Part shown: piece after piece, positions 1 through 9,130 of the stretch
Position numbering within the stretch: position 1 is the first letter of the stretch
Layout: every line of letters begins with the position of its first letter
NCBI GenBank assembly: GCA_965216465.1
Contig: CBDCFW010000005.1
Span: 160,001-224,000, forward strand
DNA length: 64,000 nucleotides
Direction: 5' to 3'
Source of the DNA: Bacteroidia bacterium
GTDB lineage: Bacteria > Bacteroidota > Bacteroidia > NS11-12g > UBA9320
The notes under the pieces: model-generated
The model's input: the letters and a program-made list of their open reading frames with translations, nothing else
What the model was told of the DNA's origin: nothing
Database searches by the model: none
Position numbers and translations under genes: made by a program

Positions 1-1591
1 TCAAGAAATTGGAGATTATTTGAAAGAAAAAGTTGCAGAACTTGCTGACTACAATGTTGTTAAGGGGTTTTTAAACTTAGAACTGAGCGACACGTATTGG
101 ATAAACATTGCATCACAGCTTTGTACAAGTTCAATCTCAATTCCTGCAATTGGAAAAGGCCAAAAAGTAGTTGTTGAGTATTCATCTCCTAATACAAATA
201 AACCGCTGCATCTCGGACATATTCGAAACAATGTTCTAGGATTTAGTTTTTCAGAAATCTGGGAAGCAAATGGCTACGATGTGGTTAAAAATAACCTCAT
301 CAATGATCGTGGCATCCACATCTGTAAAAGTATGATCGCCTGGCAAAAATTTGGAGAGGGAGAAACTCCTGAATCTAGTAAGCTTAAAGGGGACCATTTG
401 GTTGGAAAGTATTACGTGAAGTTTGACCAAGCTTATCGACAAGAACTAGAAGATTTAAAGTCAAGTGGTTTATCGGAAGACGATGCCAAGGTACAATCAA
501 AATTAATGGCTGAAACCCGCGAAATGCTACAAAAGTGGGAAGAAGGTGACACAGAAGTTCTCGAACTTTGGAGATCCATGAATGGATGGGTATATGCCGG
601 ATTCGACGAAACTTATAATCGCCTTGGTGTTCGCTTTGATAAAATTTATTACGAGTCTAACACCTACTTGTTAGGTAAAAAGATTGTTTTGGAGGGATTA
701 GAGCAAGGTGTATTCTTTAAAAAGGATGATGGCAGCGTATGGGTTGACCTCACCGACGAAGGACTGGATGAAAAGATTTTGTTAAGAGCCGATGGTACCT
801 CGGTATACATGACCCAAGATATTGGCACTGCTCAATTGAAATACGATGACTACAAAATGGATCATTCCATTTATGTGGTTGGAAATGAGCAAGACTACCA
901 TTTCAAGGTGTTAAGCCTAGTTCTGAAAAAATTAGGAAGACCTCATTCAGAGGCCATTCACCACCTAAGTTACGGAATGGTTGATCTACCTGAGGGCAAA
1001 ATGAAAAGTAGAGAAGGTACAGTTGTTGACGCTGATGAGTTGATGGATGAGGTAGTTGAAACCGCTAAGAAACAAACTGAAGAATTGGGCAAAACTGAAG
1101 GAATGTCAGATGAAGAATTGGCTGCCCTCTATGAAACACTTGGAATCGGTGCACTTAAATACTACTTGCTTAAAGTGGATGCCAAACGTAGAATGCTATA
1201 CGACCCAAAAGAATCTATTGATTTTCAAGGCAATACAGCTCCTTTTATTCAATATACGTACACCCGAATCGCAAGCTTATTGCGTGCGGCAGATAATGTT
1301 GAATTCAATCAAACAGCTGCACTTGAAGAAGAAGAGAAAGAGTTGATTGTCGCAATGCACAACTATCCACAAGCGGTAAATCATGCGGCAACAGACTACA
1401 ACCCATCATTTATTGCAAATGCGGTTTATGATCTAGCGAAAAAGTTTAACAAGTTCTATCATGAGCACAGTATTCTTGGAGCTAAAGAAGCTAATGTGAA
1501 GCAGTTTAGAATTGCTTTGAGTCAAGCTTGCGGTGCTCATATTAAACACGGGTTTTCCTTATTAGGTATTCAGGTGCCTGATAGAATGTAG
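1..1591 (+). CDS. argS: Arginine--tRNA ligase, 5'-truncated by the window edge
   Basis: Class I HIGH motif (SSPNTNKPLHLGH), KMKSREG motif, C-terminal GIQVPDRM. Frame is open from base 2 (QEIGDYLK...), so the true start lies upstream. Confidence 0.97.
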   Translation, partial: QEIGDYLKEKVAELADYNVVKGFLNLELSDTYWINIASQLCTSSISIPAIGKGQKVVVEYSSPNTNKPLHLGHIRNNVLGFSFSEIWEANGYDVVKNNLINDRGIHICKSMIAWQKFGEGETPESSKLKGDHLVGKYYVKFDQAYRQELEDLKSSGLSEDDAKVQSKLMAETREMLQKWEEGDTEVLELWRSMNGWVYAGFDETYNRLGVRFDKIYYESNTYLLGKKIVLEGLEQGVFFKKDDGSVWVDLTDEGLDEKILLRADGTSVYMTQDIGTAQLKYDDYKMDHSIYVVGNEQDYHFKVLSLVLKKLGRPHSEAIHHLSYGMVDLPEGKMKSREGTVVDADELMDEVVETAKKQTEELGKTEGMSDEELAALYETLGIGALKYYLLKVDAKRRMLYDPKESIDFQGNTAPFIQYTYTRIASLLRAADNVEFNQTAALEEEEKELIVAMHNYPQAVNHAATDYNPSFIANAVYDLAKKFNKFYHEHSILGAKEANVKQFRIALSQACGAHIKHGFSLLGIQVPDRM

Positions 1592-1620
1592 TAATCGAAA
1601 TTTCAAGAAAATTAGGAGAC

Positions 1621-1657
1621 AAAAAAAGCGGCTAGAGAACCTAGCCGCTTTTTTTTT
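1621..1657. terminator. Bidirectional intrinsic terminator
   Basis: A7-GCGGCTAG-agaac-CTAGCCGC-T9 between convergent argS and the TonB receptor gene. Confidence 0.9.
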
Positions 1658-1669
1658 GATTTGAATTGG

Positions 1670-4546
1670 TTACAAGGTGTAGCTAATTCCCAACGAGAAT
1701 GAACGCATTGGTTTTAGCATGCTAAAAGTTTGATTTTCAGCTCCGAATGACACGTATTCAAAATATTTATTGCTTGCTAATATGTTTCTTGCACTTAGGC
1801 TGGCCTTCCAGTTGTCTTCCTTACCAAATGTTTGACTCGCCTTAAAGTTTAGACTGTGGAAAGGCATTTCGTATACATCTGGGTTTCGAGCAACACCTAC
1901 AACCGTCAATCGAGGTCCTTGCACATTATATGTAATTGTTGCGTCTAAACCTCTCTTACGATTTACAAAGTTAACGAAAGCATTAATGATGTATGGAGAT
2001 TGTCCAACCATATCTCTAGTCGATCCAATAATCTCACCTTCACGTGCAGCAGAGACTCTTCCCAATCGTTCTCCTTCGGTCATCTCCACACTTGATTGGA
2101 CTAACGTTACATTAGCTCCAAACGATGTTGCAAACGTGGTATCATCACTCAAAGCTTTAATTAATATTTTCGATTCAAGCTCAATACCATAAACATTTGC
2201 CGTTCCTACGTTTCGTGGTTGAAAGTTATTTGGGTTTTCTTTACTGTAGGCAACTAACTCAATTGGGTTTTGGAAACGTTTGTAGAATGCACTTGCAGAA
2301 AGTACTTGACCTTTCTTCATAAACTTCTCCCACCTAAAATCAATATTGTCGATATCGGTTTGAACCAAAGAATCATTTCCTAGGAAGGTTCTACCTGAAA
2401 TTCGATCAACAATCTGAGCATTAGACAACTCTTTAAACGAAGGTCTAGCAACTGTTCTTGTAAATGATAATCTCAAGTTGGTACCTTGACTTCTTACGCC
2501 TTTATTTAACGCATAAACTAAATTTAGAGATGGCAGTATGCTTGTTTCATTCAGTAATAAAGAATCTTGCATGCGCTCTCTATTCTGGTTTTGACCTGTA
2601 TAGTAATTTCTTGCCTGTTCAATACGAACACCATAAATAGCTTTTAAACGAATCGATATTGGGAGTTCATTCATAATATAGACCCCTGCAATATTTTGCT
2701 TTGCATTAAACGTGTTTGCATCTTGTGGTTGTCCACTCACATAAACCCCACTATCTTCTATTCCTAACTGCGAAGGAGTCCAGATAACTGCATCATTCAA
2801 AATCTCATTTGCGTCTCCCGTAAAAGTGAACTTCGACTCTTGTTGAATTCTAAAACGATAATCACGAATTGAGAAATCTCTCATCTTAAATGTTTCTAGA
2901 GCTCCAAATTTCAACTTAGACTCCTGCTTATTCTTCAGTTTAAATACACGTTCAACATCAATTCTTGCATTGTAATTCTGCTCAACAAGATTTCTGTATG
3001 TTCTTGAAGATACAGCTCCAACTCCTTCATTTAGCTCAAAACGAGGTACAATATCATCAGTGTATTCAAATGCTGTTAAACGAATGTCTGGCTCGTCAAT
3101 AACAGAAACCGTTGGTGATAATCTCCATTGCAAATCCCATCGACCACTATCTAATCCATGACGACCTGTTAACATGGCATTGGTTACCGATCTTTCTGTA
3201 TACTCCAGGTTGTTTCTAAACATGGTATATGGATTTTCACGGTAATCTTCTTGACGCATTAAACCTGCACGCGATTCAGCATTCTGGGTTCTAAACAGCG
3301 TTAATGAGTACTTATTATTCTTGCTTTCTCCTCTACTGCTACTTGAAAATCCAGCTAAGGCAGACCATGCAGCCGTGGTATTACCTAAAGGACCTTTTGT
3401 ATCTCGATCTAGCAATAGCTCCGACTCTTCTTTCGACTGTGGCTTAATATATGTACCAAAAAAGGCATTCTCGTAAAACTCGGTTTGATGACTGTAATTA
3501 AAAGCTACATTATATCCTAAAGTCCTCTTCTCCTTGTTAAACTGATTTCCTTGACTGTACGACAAGCTAACGTTTGGAGCATTAATCTTAGTTTTTGGTG
3601 CTAAAGTCTTGTTAAAGCTCTTCGTAATTTCAGTAAGCTCTGGGTTATTCCAAGATGGGTCATACTCTTTTTGAGTAAGATCTAGATTCTCACTAATTGG
3701 TAAAGCTCGAGTTCCATCATCGTGAGCTAACCAATCCATTTTACCCCCATCATAAGTGATAAAATTAGAATTCAGGTGCATTGTAGGATTGTATCCAGTA
3801 CTAAATGACACGCTTCTAATTTTTGTACTTGGAAATGCTTTGGTAGAGATATTTACCAACCCACCCGAATAATCGCCCGGTTGGTCTGGAGTAAAGGTTT
3901 TATAAACAACGATATTATCTAAAACATTGGTTGGAAAGATATCCATTTGAACCGTGTTCCTGTCTGGGTCAAGACCAGGAATAATCATGCCGTTTAAGAT
4001 GGTCTTGGTATAACGGTCTCCCAATCCTCTAACAAAGACAAACTTCCCGCCTTGAACAGAAATCCCAGTAACTCGAGAAATTGCCTGCCCAGCATCGCTA
4101 TCTCCTGCTTTTTTCATAGCTTGAGATGATGTTCCATCAGAAACATTCACCGATTTCTTTCGATCAAGCATGATAGCTGCATCTGTGTTTCTTTTTCGGG
4201 TAGCTGTTACTACAATATCGCCTTTTACTGCCTCTGCCGCATCGCCACCCAGTTGGATATCAAGCGTCTTCTCTTCACTTGATCCTAAAACCACATTTTC
4301 TTCGATGTACTCAGGGATCCCAATGTAATTGAAAGATAAGTTATAGGTTCCTTCATCAAGAGAAATTGTATATTTCCCTTCGTAATTAGATATTGCTCCA
4401 CCCGGAACACCTACCGCTCTTACAATTACTCCAACAAGAGCTTCTCCTGAAGACTTGTCTGTGATTGTACCTGAAATTGTTCCGCTTTGTGCGAATAGTA
4501 CTCCGCTAAGCAGAACCAAGACAAAAGTTTTGAGTGTCTTTAACAT
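1670..4546 (-). CDS. TonB-dependent receptor with N-terminal carboxypeptidase-regulatory-like domain
   Basis: Sec signal, GTISGTITDKSSGEAL domain, plug motif FVFVRGLGDRYTKTILNG, TVARPSFKE, terminal beta-signal FSLGISYTL. Confidence 0.93.
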   Translation of the reverse strand: MLKTLKTFVLVLLSGVLFAQSGTISGTITDKSSGEALVGVIVRAVGVPGGAISNYEGKYTISLDEGTYNLSFNYIGIPEYIEENVVLGSSEEKTLDIQLGGDAAEAVKGDIVVTATRKRNTDAAIMLDRKKSVNVSDGTSSQAMKKAGDSDAGQAISRVTGISVQGGKFVFVRGLGDRYTKTILNGMIIPGLDPDRNTVQMDIFPTNVLDNIVVYKTFTPDQPGDYSGGLVNISTKAFPSTKIRSVSFSTGYNPTMHLNSNFITYDGGKMDWLAHDDGTRALPISENLDLTQKEYDPSWNNPELTEITKSFNKTLAPKTKINAPNVSLSYSQGNQFNKEKRTLGYNVAFNYSHQTEFYENAFFGTYIKPQSKEESELLLDRDTKGPLGNTTAAWSALAGFSSSSRGESKNNKYSLTLFRTQNAESRAGLMRQEDYRENPYTMFRNNLEYTERSVTNAMLTGRHGLDSGRWDLQWRLSPTVSVIDEPDIRLTAFEYTDDIVPRFELNEGVGAVSSRTYRNLVEQNYNARIDVERVFKLKNKQESKLKFGALETFKMRDFSIRDYRFRIQQESKFTFTGDANEILNDAVIWTPSQLGIEDSGVYVSGQPQDANTFNAKQNIAGVYIMNELPISIRLKAIYGVRIEQARNYYTGQNQNRERMQDSLLLNETSILPSLNLVYALNKGVRSQGTNLRLSFTRTVARPSFKELSNAQIVDRISGRTFLGNDSLVQTDIDNIDFRWEKFMKKGQVLSASAFYKRFQNPIELVAYSKENPNNFQPRNVGTANVYGIELESKILIKALSDDTTFATSFGANVTLVQSSVEMTEGERLGRVSAAREGEIIGSTRDMVGQSPYIINAFVNFVNRKRGLDATITYNVQGPRLTVVGVARNPDVYEMPFHSLNFKASQTFGKEDNWKASLSARNILASNKYFEYVSFGAENQTFSMLKPMRSFSLGISYTL

Positions 4547-4570
4547 TTTATAAGGTCATTTAACACCAAA

Positions 4571-4597
4571 GCCTACACCTCGTTACGAGGTATAGGC
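4571..4597 (-). terminator. Intergenic stem-loop (leaky terminator or mRNA-stabilising hairpin)
   Basis: GCCTACACCTCG-TTA-CGAGGTATAGGC, followed on the minus strand only by a weak TTTGGTGTT tail. Confidence 0.6.
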
Positions 4598-4622
4598 ATT
4601 GATTTAATTTAAAGTTTATTTT

Positions 4623-5921
4623 TTATAGCTTTCCATTAACAGAAGCCCAAGTCCATCCATCAAACTCAGAGCTGTTTGCTCCTTTTGAACTATCAGCTTT
4701 CGCTGCATTGTTTCCTGCAGAAATTGCAGCATCAAGAGCACCTTCGTCTTCACATCCACAATCTTCACAAGAACCTGTGTATACACTTGCAATACTGTTT
4801 ACATCAGTTGCAGTTGCATCGTTGTTTGCAATAACAAGGTTGCCAGAACCATCAGTTAAGTTTAAGAATGCATCTTTCTTATCTGTACAGTTTGTAGTAT
4901 CAGAGAAGCTTGCTCTTACTTTTAAGAATTTATTGTAGCCTTGAAAGAAACAGTTTTCAATAGTTCCTTGAGCTTTAGATTTAATATCAGCTGCAGAACC
5001 AGCACCATCGGTAGACTTGATAGTACCATTCTTCAATGTGAACTTACCATCGGTATAAGTGCTTCCTTCTGGACCGTCAATTTCTAAACCTTCGTCAGTA
5101 TCACCACCGTGAATAACCATAAAGTTATCGATTGTTCCACTGTAGTTCATATCTAAATCGATTGCATCATCACCTTGAAAAGCAACAATTGCATCATCAA
5201 TATTTACTGAACCGCCGAAACATTCAATTCCATCATCAAGGTTTCCAACAACCTCAACGTGATTGATTACTGTTCCATTTCCAACCCCACCAAGAGTAAG
5301 GCCATTAATTTCATTTCCTTCTCCAATCAATGCACCACCGTGTCTGATTGACACGTAAGTAATTACTCCAGAGTTGTCCGCATCGTTGGTACCTCCAAAC
5401 TGACCATAAGCCTCTGTTGCAGGTATACCTTCTATTTGTGCAGAAACGTCTCCGTCTTCAGCTGAAATCTTGGCATTTCCTAGCACGATTAAACCTCCCC
5501 ATTTTTCTCGATCATTTTCCGTTAGGTTGGTACCTGATTTCTGACCAAGTTCAATGTTGTCTAACTCAGAGGTAAAGATGATTGGTTCAGAGGCAGTTCC
5601 TTCTGCCATAAGCTTAGCTCCTTTTGCGATGATAAGAGCCGAAGCGTTTGCTTCAGTTCCTGTTCTTCCTTTAATGATGGCTCCTTTTTCGATAGTTAAG
5701 GTAGCACCATTCTCTACCCAGCATCTTCCTTTGATGTAGTGAATCTCGTTAGCGCTCCAAGTTTCGTTTGCAGTGATTGCCCCAGAGTGCTCCATATCAA
5801 CAGAAGGAGCAACATAGCAATCGCTCGCTGGATCTGTTTCATCACAGTCTGAGCATCCAACAAAAGAGATAATGCCTGCCATTAGCAACATTACCAATAA
5901 GGTTTTTGAAATGTTTTTCAT
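4623..5921 (-). CDS. Surface lipoprotein, parallel beta-helix type (ElpS-like)
   Basis: Lipobox FVGC with acidic residues after Cys; motifs WGGLIVLG, DNSGVITYVSIRHGG, EINGLTLGGVG and three DD/DE-x-I/L-E/D repeats. Confidence 0.75.
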   Translation of the reverse strand: MKNISKTLLVMLLMAGIISFVGCSDCDETDPASDCYVAPSVDMEHSGAITANETWSANEIHYIKGRCWVENGATLTIEKGAIIKGRTGTEANASALIIAKGAKLMAEGTASEPIIFTSELDNIELGQKSGTNLTENDREKWGGLIVLGNAKISAEDGDVSAQIEGIPATEAYGQFGGTNDADNSGVITYVSIRHGGALIGEGNEINGLTLGGVGNGTVINHVEVVGNLDDGIECFGGSVNIDDAIVAFQGDDAIDLDMNYSGTIDNFMVIHGGDTDEGLEIDGPEGSTYTDGKFTLKNGTIKSTDGAGSAADIKSKAQGTIENCFFQGYNKFLKVRASFSDTTNCTDKKDAFLNLTDGSGNLVIANNDATATDVNSIASVYTGSCEDCGCEDEGALDAAISAGNNAAKADSSKGANSSEFDGWTWASVNGKL

Positions 5922-5969
5922 TTTTGAATAGTTGTAACTTTTAATTTCTACTGCAATGGTCAGCCAGAT

Positions 5970-6031
5970 ATGTTACGTCTATGTTAACATGGCTTTACTA
6001 CTCAAAAAACTCTAAGTTAACCCAATGTTAA
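5970..6031 (-). promoter_or_regulatory. Direct-repeat array in 11-bp phase (Pho-box / OmpR-family-like)
   Basis: ATGTTAC 5970, ATGTTAA 5981, GCTTTAC 5992, AAGTTAA 6014, ATGTTAA 6025; all in an 11-bp register upstream of the lipoprotein gene. Confidence 0.6.
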
Positions 6032-6179
6032 CTTAAAATAGAGACAAGGTTATTTACGGAGCAATATGCTGATTATCTGACAATTTCAAGCGTACGATTT
6101 AAATGCAACTTGGATAAAATATCGCATGCATTTCAGTAAAGATTATATAAAACCCAGCCTAATTCTCCCAGAATTTTGT

Positions 6180-7013
6180 TCAAATCTGTCGCGATAGTTT
6201 CTTCCATAGCAAGATGCACTCTTGAGCTTCTTTTACATCATGAACACGTAAAATATTTGACCCTTTTTGCAAGGCTGTATTGTGAAGAAATGTAGTTCCG
6301 TTTAAGGCATTTGCTGGAGAAACACCTAGCACTTTGCAAATCATCGACTTTCTAGATATTCCAACCAAAATTGGTGAGCCCAATGCCTGAAACTCATCAA
6401 GCCTTGATAGCAGGGCATAATTATGCTCCACAGTTTTTCCAAATCCAAAACCTGGATCAATGATTACGTCTTTAATTCCAGCTTCTTTACAAGCTTGCAG
6501 TTTTTGATTCAAATAAGATTTAACTTCATCTACTACTTCACCATAAGTTGGATTGTCTTGCATAGTTTGTGGCGTTCCTTTTTTATGCATTGCGATGTAA
6601 GGTACACCAAGTTCTGCTACCGTCTTGAGCATATCTGCATCATCATCGCCTGCTGATATATCATTTACGATTCCAGCACCAACCTTCACAGCTTGTTCTG
6701 CAACAGTTGATCTAAATGTATCAATTGATAGGGGTTGACCAATTCTAGCCGATAGCCATTCAACTACAGGTAAAACACGATCGAGCTCCTCTTGTACCAA
6801 AACATTGGCTGCACCTGGACGTGAACTGTATCCCCCTACATCAATAATCGACGCACCTTGATTAACCATCTTCTCGGCTTGCTTAATTGCATCATCTTTT
6901 GCAACGAACTTTCCCCCATCTGAAAACGAATCTGGAGTAACGTTCAAAATGCCCATAATTTTGGGTTCGTCAAAATGCAAGAATGTGCCTTTTATGTTGA
7001 TGGATAGGTTCAT
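6180..7013 (-). CDS. folP: Dihydropteroate synthase
   Basis: MGILNVTPDSFSDGG, IDVGGYSSRPGA, IIDPGFGFGK, SRKS, ILRVHDV. ATG at 7013 preferred over TTG at 7028. Confidence 0.97.
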   Translation of the reverse strand: MNLSINIKGTFLHFDEPKIMGILNVTPDSFSDGGKFVAKDDAIKQAEKMVNQGASIIDVGGYSSRPGAANVLVQEELDRVLPVVEWLSARIGQPLSIDTFRSTVAEQAVKVGAGIVNDISAGDDDADMLKTVAELGVPYIAMHKKGTPQTMQDNPTYGEVVDEVKSYLNQKLQACKEAGIKDVIIDPGFGFGKTVEHNYALLSRLDEFQALGSPILVGISRKSMICKVLGVSPANALNGTTFLHNTALQKGSNILRVHDVKEAQECILLWKKLSRQI

Positions 7014-7032
7014 TTGGTTTGCCTTCAAAAAT

Positions 7033-7040
7033 TACATTTG
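7033..7040 (+). promoter_or_regulatory. Bacteroidota housekeeping promoter -7 box
   Basis: TACATTTG matches TAnnTTTG, 18 nt before the in-frame TTG at 7059. Confidence 0.6.
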
Positions 7041-7058
7041 TGGCAAATTAATACTATT

Positions 7059-7607
7059 TTGAATACAGATACTCCGATTCTATTCGATAAAGCAATTGCA
7101 ATTTGTAGAGACATCTTCACAAAAAAAACCTATGACTATGGTACCGCTTGGAGAATACTACGTCCTATTTCGTTGACCGATCAAATCTTCATTAAGGCTC
7201 AGCGTATTAGAAGTATTGAAGAAAAACAGGAGAATAAGGTTGGAGAAAGTATTGAAAATGAGTTTATCGGAATTGTTAACTACTGTGTGATTGCTTTAAT
7301 TCAATTGGAATTAACTGAAAAGGACGATTACGAAATGGATAAAGAAGTAGTCGTTTCTCTTTACAATGAAAAAGCAGAGCATTGCAAAAAGTTAATGATG
7401 GATAAAAACCATGACTACGGAGAAGCATGGCGAGATATGCGTGTAAGTACTTATACTGATCTTATCTTGATGAAAATTCTTCGAACAAAACAAATTGAAG
7501 ACAAAGGTGGCAAAACGCTAATTTCGGAAGGAATTGACGCGAATTTTAGCGATATGTTAAACTATGCTATTTTTGCCATAATACGACTTAACAACTTCTT
7601 TAAATAA
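7059..7607 (+). CDS. DUF1599 tandem-domain protein
   Basis: Two copies of K-x-x-DYG-x-AWR...TD-x-I-x-x-K-x-x-R...I/L-x-NY. Start moved to TTG 7059 because the -7 box lies inside the track ORF (7014). Confidence 0.85.
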   Translation: MNTDTPILFDKAIAICRDIFTKKTYDYGTAWRILRPISLTDQIFIKAQRIRSIEEKQENKVGESIENEFIGIVNYCVIALIQLELTEKDDYEMDKEVVVSLYNEKAEHCKKLMMDKNHDYGEAWRDMRVSTYTDLILMKILRTKQIEDKGGKTLISEGIDANFSDMLNYAIFAIIRLNNFFK

Positions 7608-9130
7608 TGAAATACATAGCAAACACTTTACGCGTTTTAGTTGGATTGCTGTTTATTTTTTCGGGTTTAATAAAAGCTAACGACCCAACAGGATTCAGCT
7701 ATAAGCTCGATGAATATTTTTCAGTTTTTGCTGAAGATCTTGAAGCAGACCAAGATAGCTTAGAAGTAACAATCGAAACGCTTGATGGCATTAATACTGG
7801 AAGTTTTGTTATAAACGAAAAGTCGCCCTCATTTAACCTAAATTCAGAAACAACAACTTGGGAACCTATTGCCCATAGAAACAATGATTCTGACCCGATT
7901 TTCTTTGCTGATGGAAAGATTAAAGTTGACAACAGTGAAGTTTTTGTGACCTCATTTAACGCACAAGATAGCAATGAGTTAATGCTCGAAGCCCAGGTGA
8001 GCTACACCATTAATGGTGAACAGCTAGGTACACATAAAATGGGATTTATGTCGTTTGCTGACAATATGAATGAACAAGTAATTGATGCTTCAGCATATGT
8101 TCATAAAAGCTCATGGATTGTTTCGTTCTTACAATGGCTTCGAAGCTATGCTCTAGGACTCGCAATATTTATTTGCGTCTTCGAGGTTGTTTTAGGTATT
8201 GCACTGATTATTGGTTGGGAAATGAAGGTAACCATGACCTTATCTCTTGGCATGATTGTGTTCTTTACCTTCTTAACATGGTATTCGGCGACGTACAATA
8301 AGGTTACAGATTGTGGATGTTTTGGCGACGCTATAAAATTAACACCATGGCAAAGCTTTAATAAAGATATTACACTGCTGGTAGCCTTACTACTAATTCT
8401 TATTGGTATGCGTCATGTAAAACCAATTTTCAGCAAACCATTTGCCGTAAAACTGCTTACAGTTAGTATTTTATTATCTGCAGGGTTTAGTATTTACTGT
8501 TGGAACTATCTACCGGTAAAAAACTATCTAAAATTTAAGAAAGGTAACGATATTGAAGCACTGACCATCGTTCCGGAAGATGCACCTACCGACGTATATG
8601 AGAATGTTTTTATTTACAGTAAAGATGGTGTAGAAGAAGAATTCACACTCGAAGAAATCACAGCCCGAAAACTAAAAGAAGAAGGCTACGAATTTGTTGA
8701 TCGCCGTGATATTCTAATTCAAAAAGGATACGAGCCCGAAATTCATGACTTCAAGATAATGGACGAGAGTCGGACCAACGATTATGTGGAAGACTTCTTC
8801 GCTCATGAAGGCTACAAGATAATGATTGTGATGAATGAAGTTGAAAAAGCGAACACTAAGTCTTTTAACGAACTCAGAGACATTATAAAATACTGCAAGG
8901 AAAACGATATCGAATTATACCCACTGACGGCAAGTGAAGCTTCTGTGGTTAATGCTTATGCCGAAGAACATAAACTAGATATTCCATTTTACTATGGAGA
9001 CAAAACAAACTTGAAATCGATTATTAGGTCTAACCCAGGTTTGGTTTTGTTATCAGATAACGTTGTTAAGAAAACTTGGCCTTCTACGCGTTTACCAAGT
9101 ATTAAACGACTTACAAAAGTTACTAAATGA
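7607..9130 (+). CDS. DoxX/MauE-type membrane protein with thioredoxin-like C-terminus (BT_3928-like), carrying a large loop insertion
   Basis: RVLVGLLFIFSGLIKANDP, TDCGCFGDAIKLTPWQSF, C-terminal IIRSNPGLVLL. Confidence 0.85.
   Translation: MKYIANTLRVLVGLLFIFSGLIKANDPTGFSYKLDEYFSVFAEDLEADQDSLEVTIETLDGINTGSFVINEKSPSFNLNSETTTWEPIAHRNNDSDPIFFADGKIKVDNSEVFVTSFNAQDSNELMLEAQVSYTINGEQLGTHKMGFMSFADNMNEQVIDASAYVHKSSWIVSFLQWLRSYALGLAIFICVFEVVLGIALIIGWEMKVTMTLSLGMIVFFTFLTWYSATYNKVTDCGCFGDAIKLTPWQSFNKDITLLVALLLILIGMRHVKPIFSKPFAVKLLTVSILLSAGFSIYCWNYLPVKNYLKFKKGNDIEALTIVPEDAPTDVYENVFIYSKDGVEEEFTLEEITARKLKEEGYEFVDRRDILIQKGYEPEIHDFKIMDESRTNDYVEDFFAHEGYKIMIVMNEVEKANTKSFNELRDIIKYCKENDIELYPLTASEASVVNAYAEEHKLDIPFYYGDKTNLKSIIRSNPGLVLLSDNVVKKTWPSTRLPSIKRLTKVTK

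Noticed and set aside
7733-8117. Insertion in the DoxX-like protein as an intein or mobile intron
   Set aside because: No Cys/Ser start with His-Asn end, no LAGLIDADG motif, and the frame is uninterrupted.
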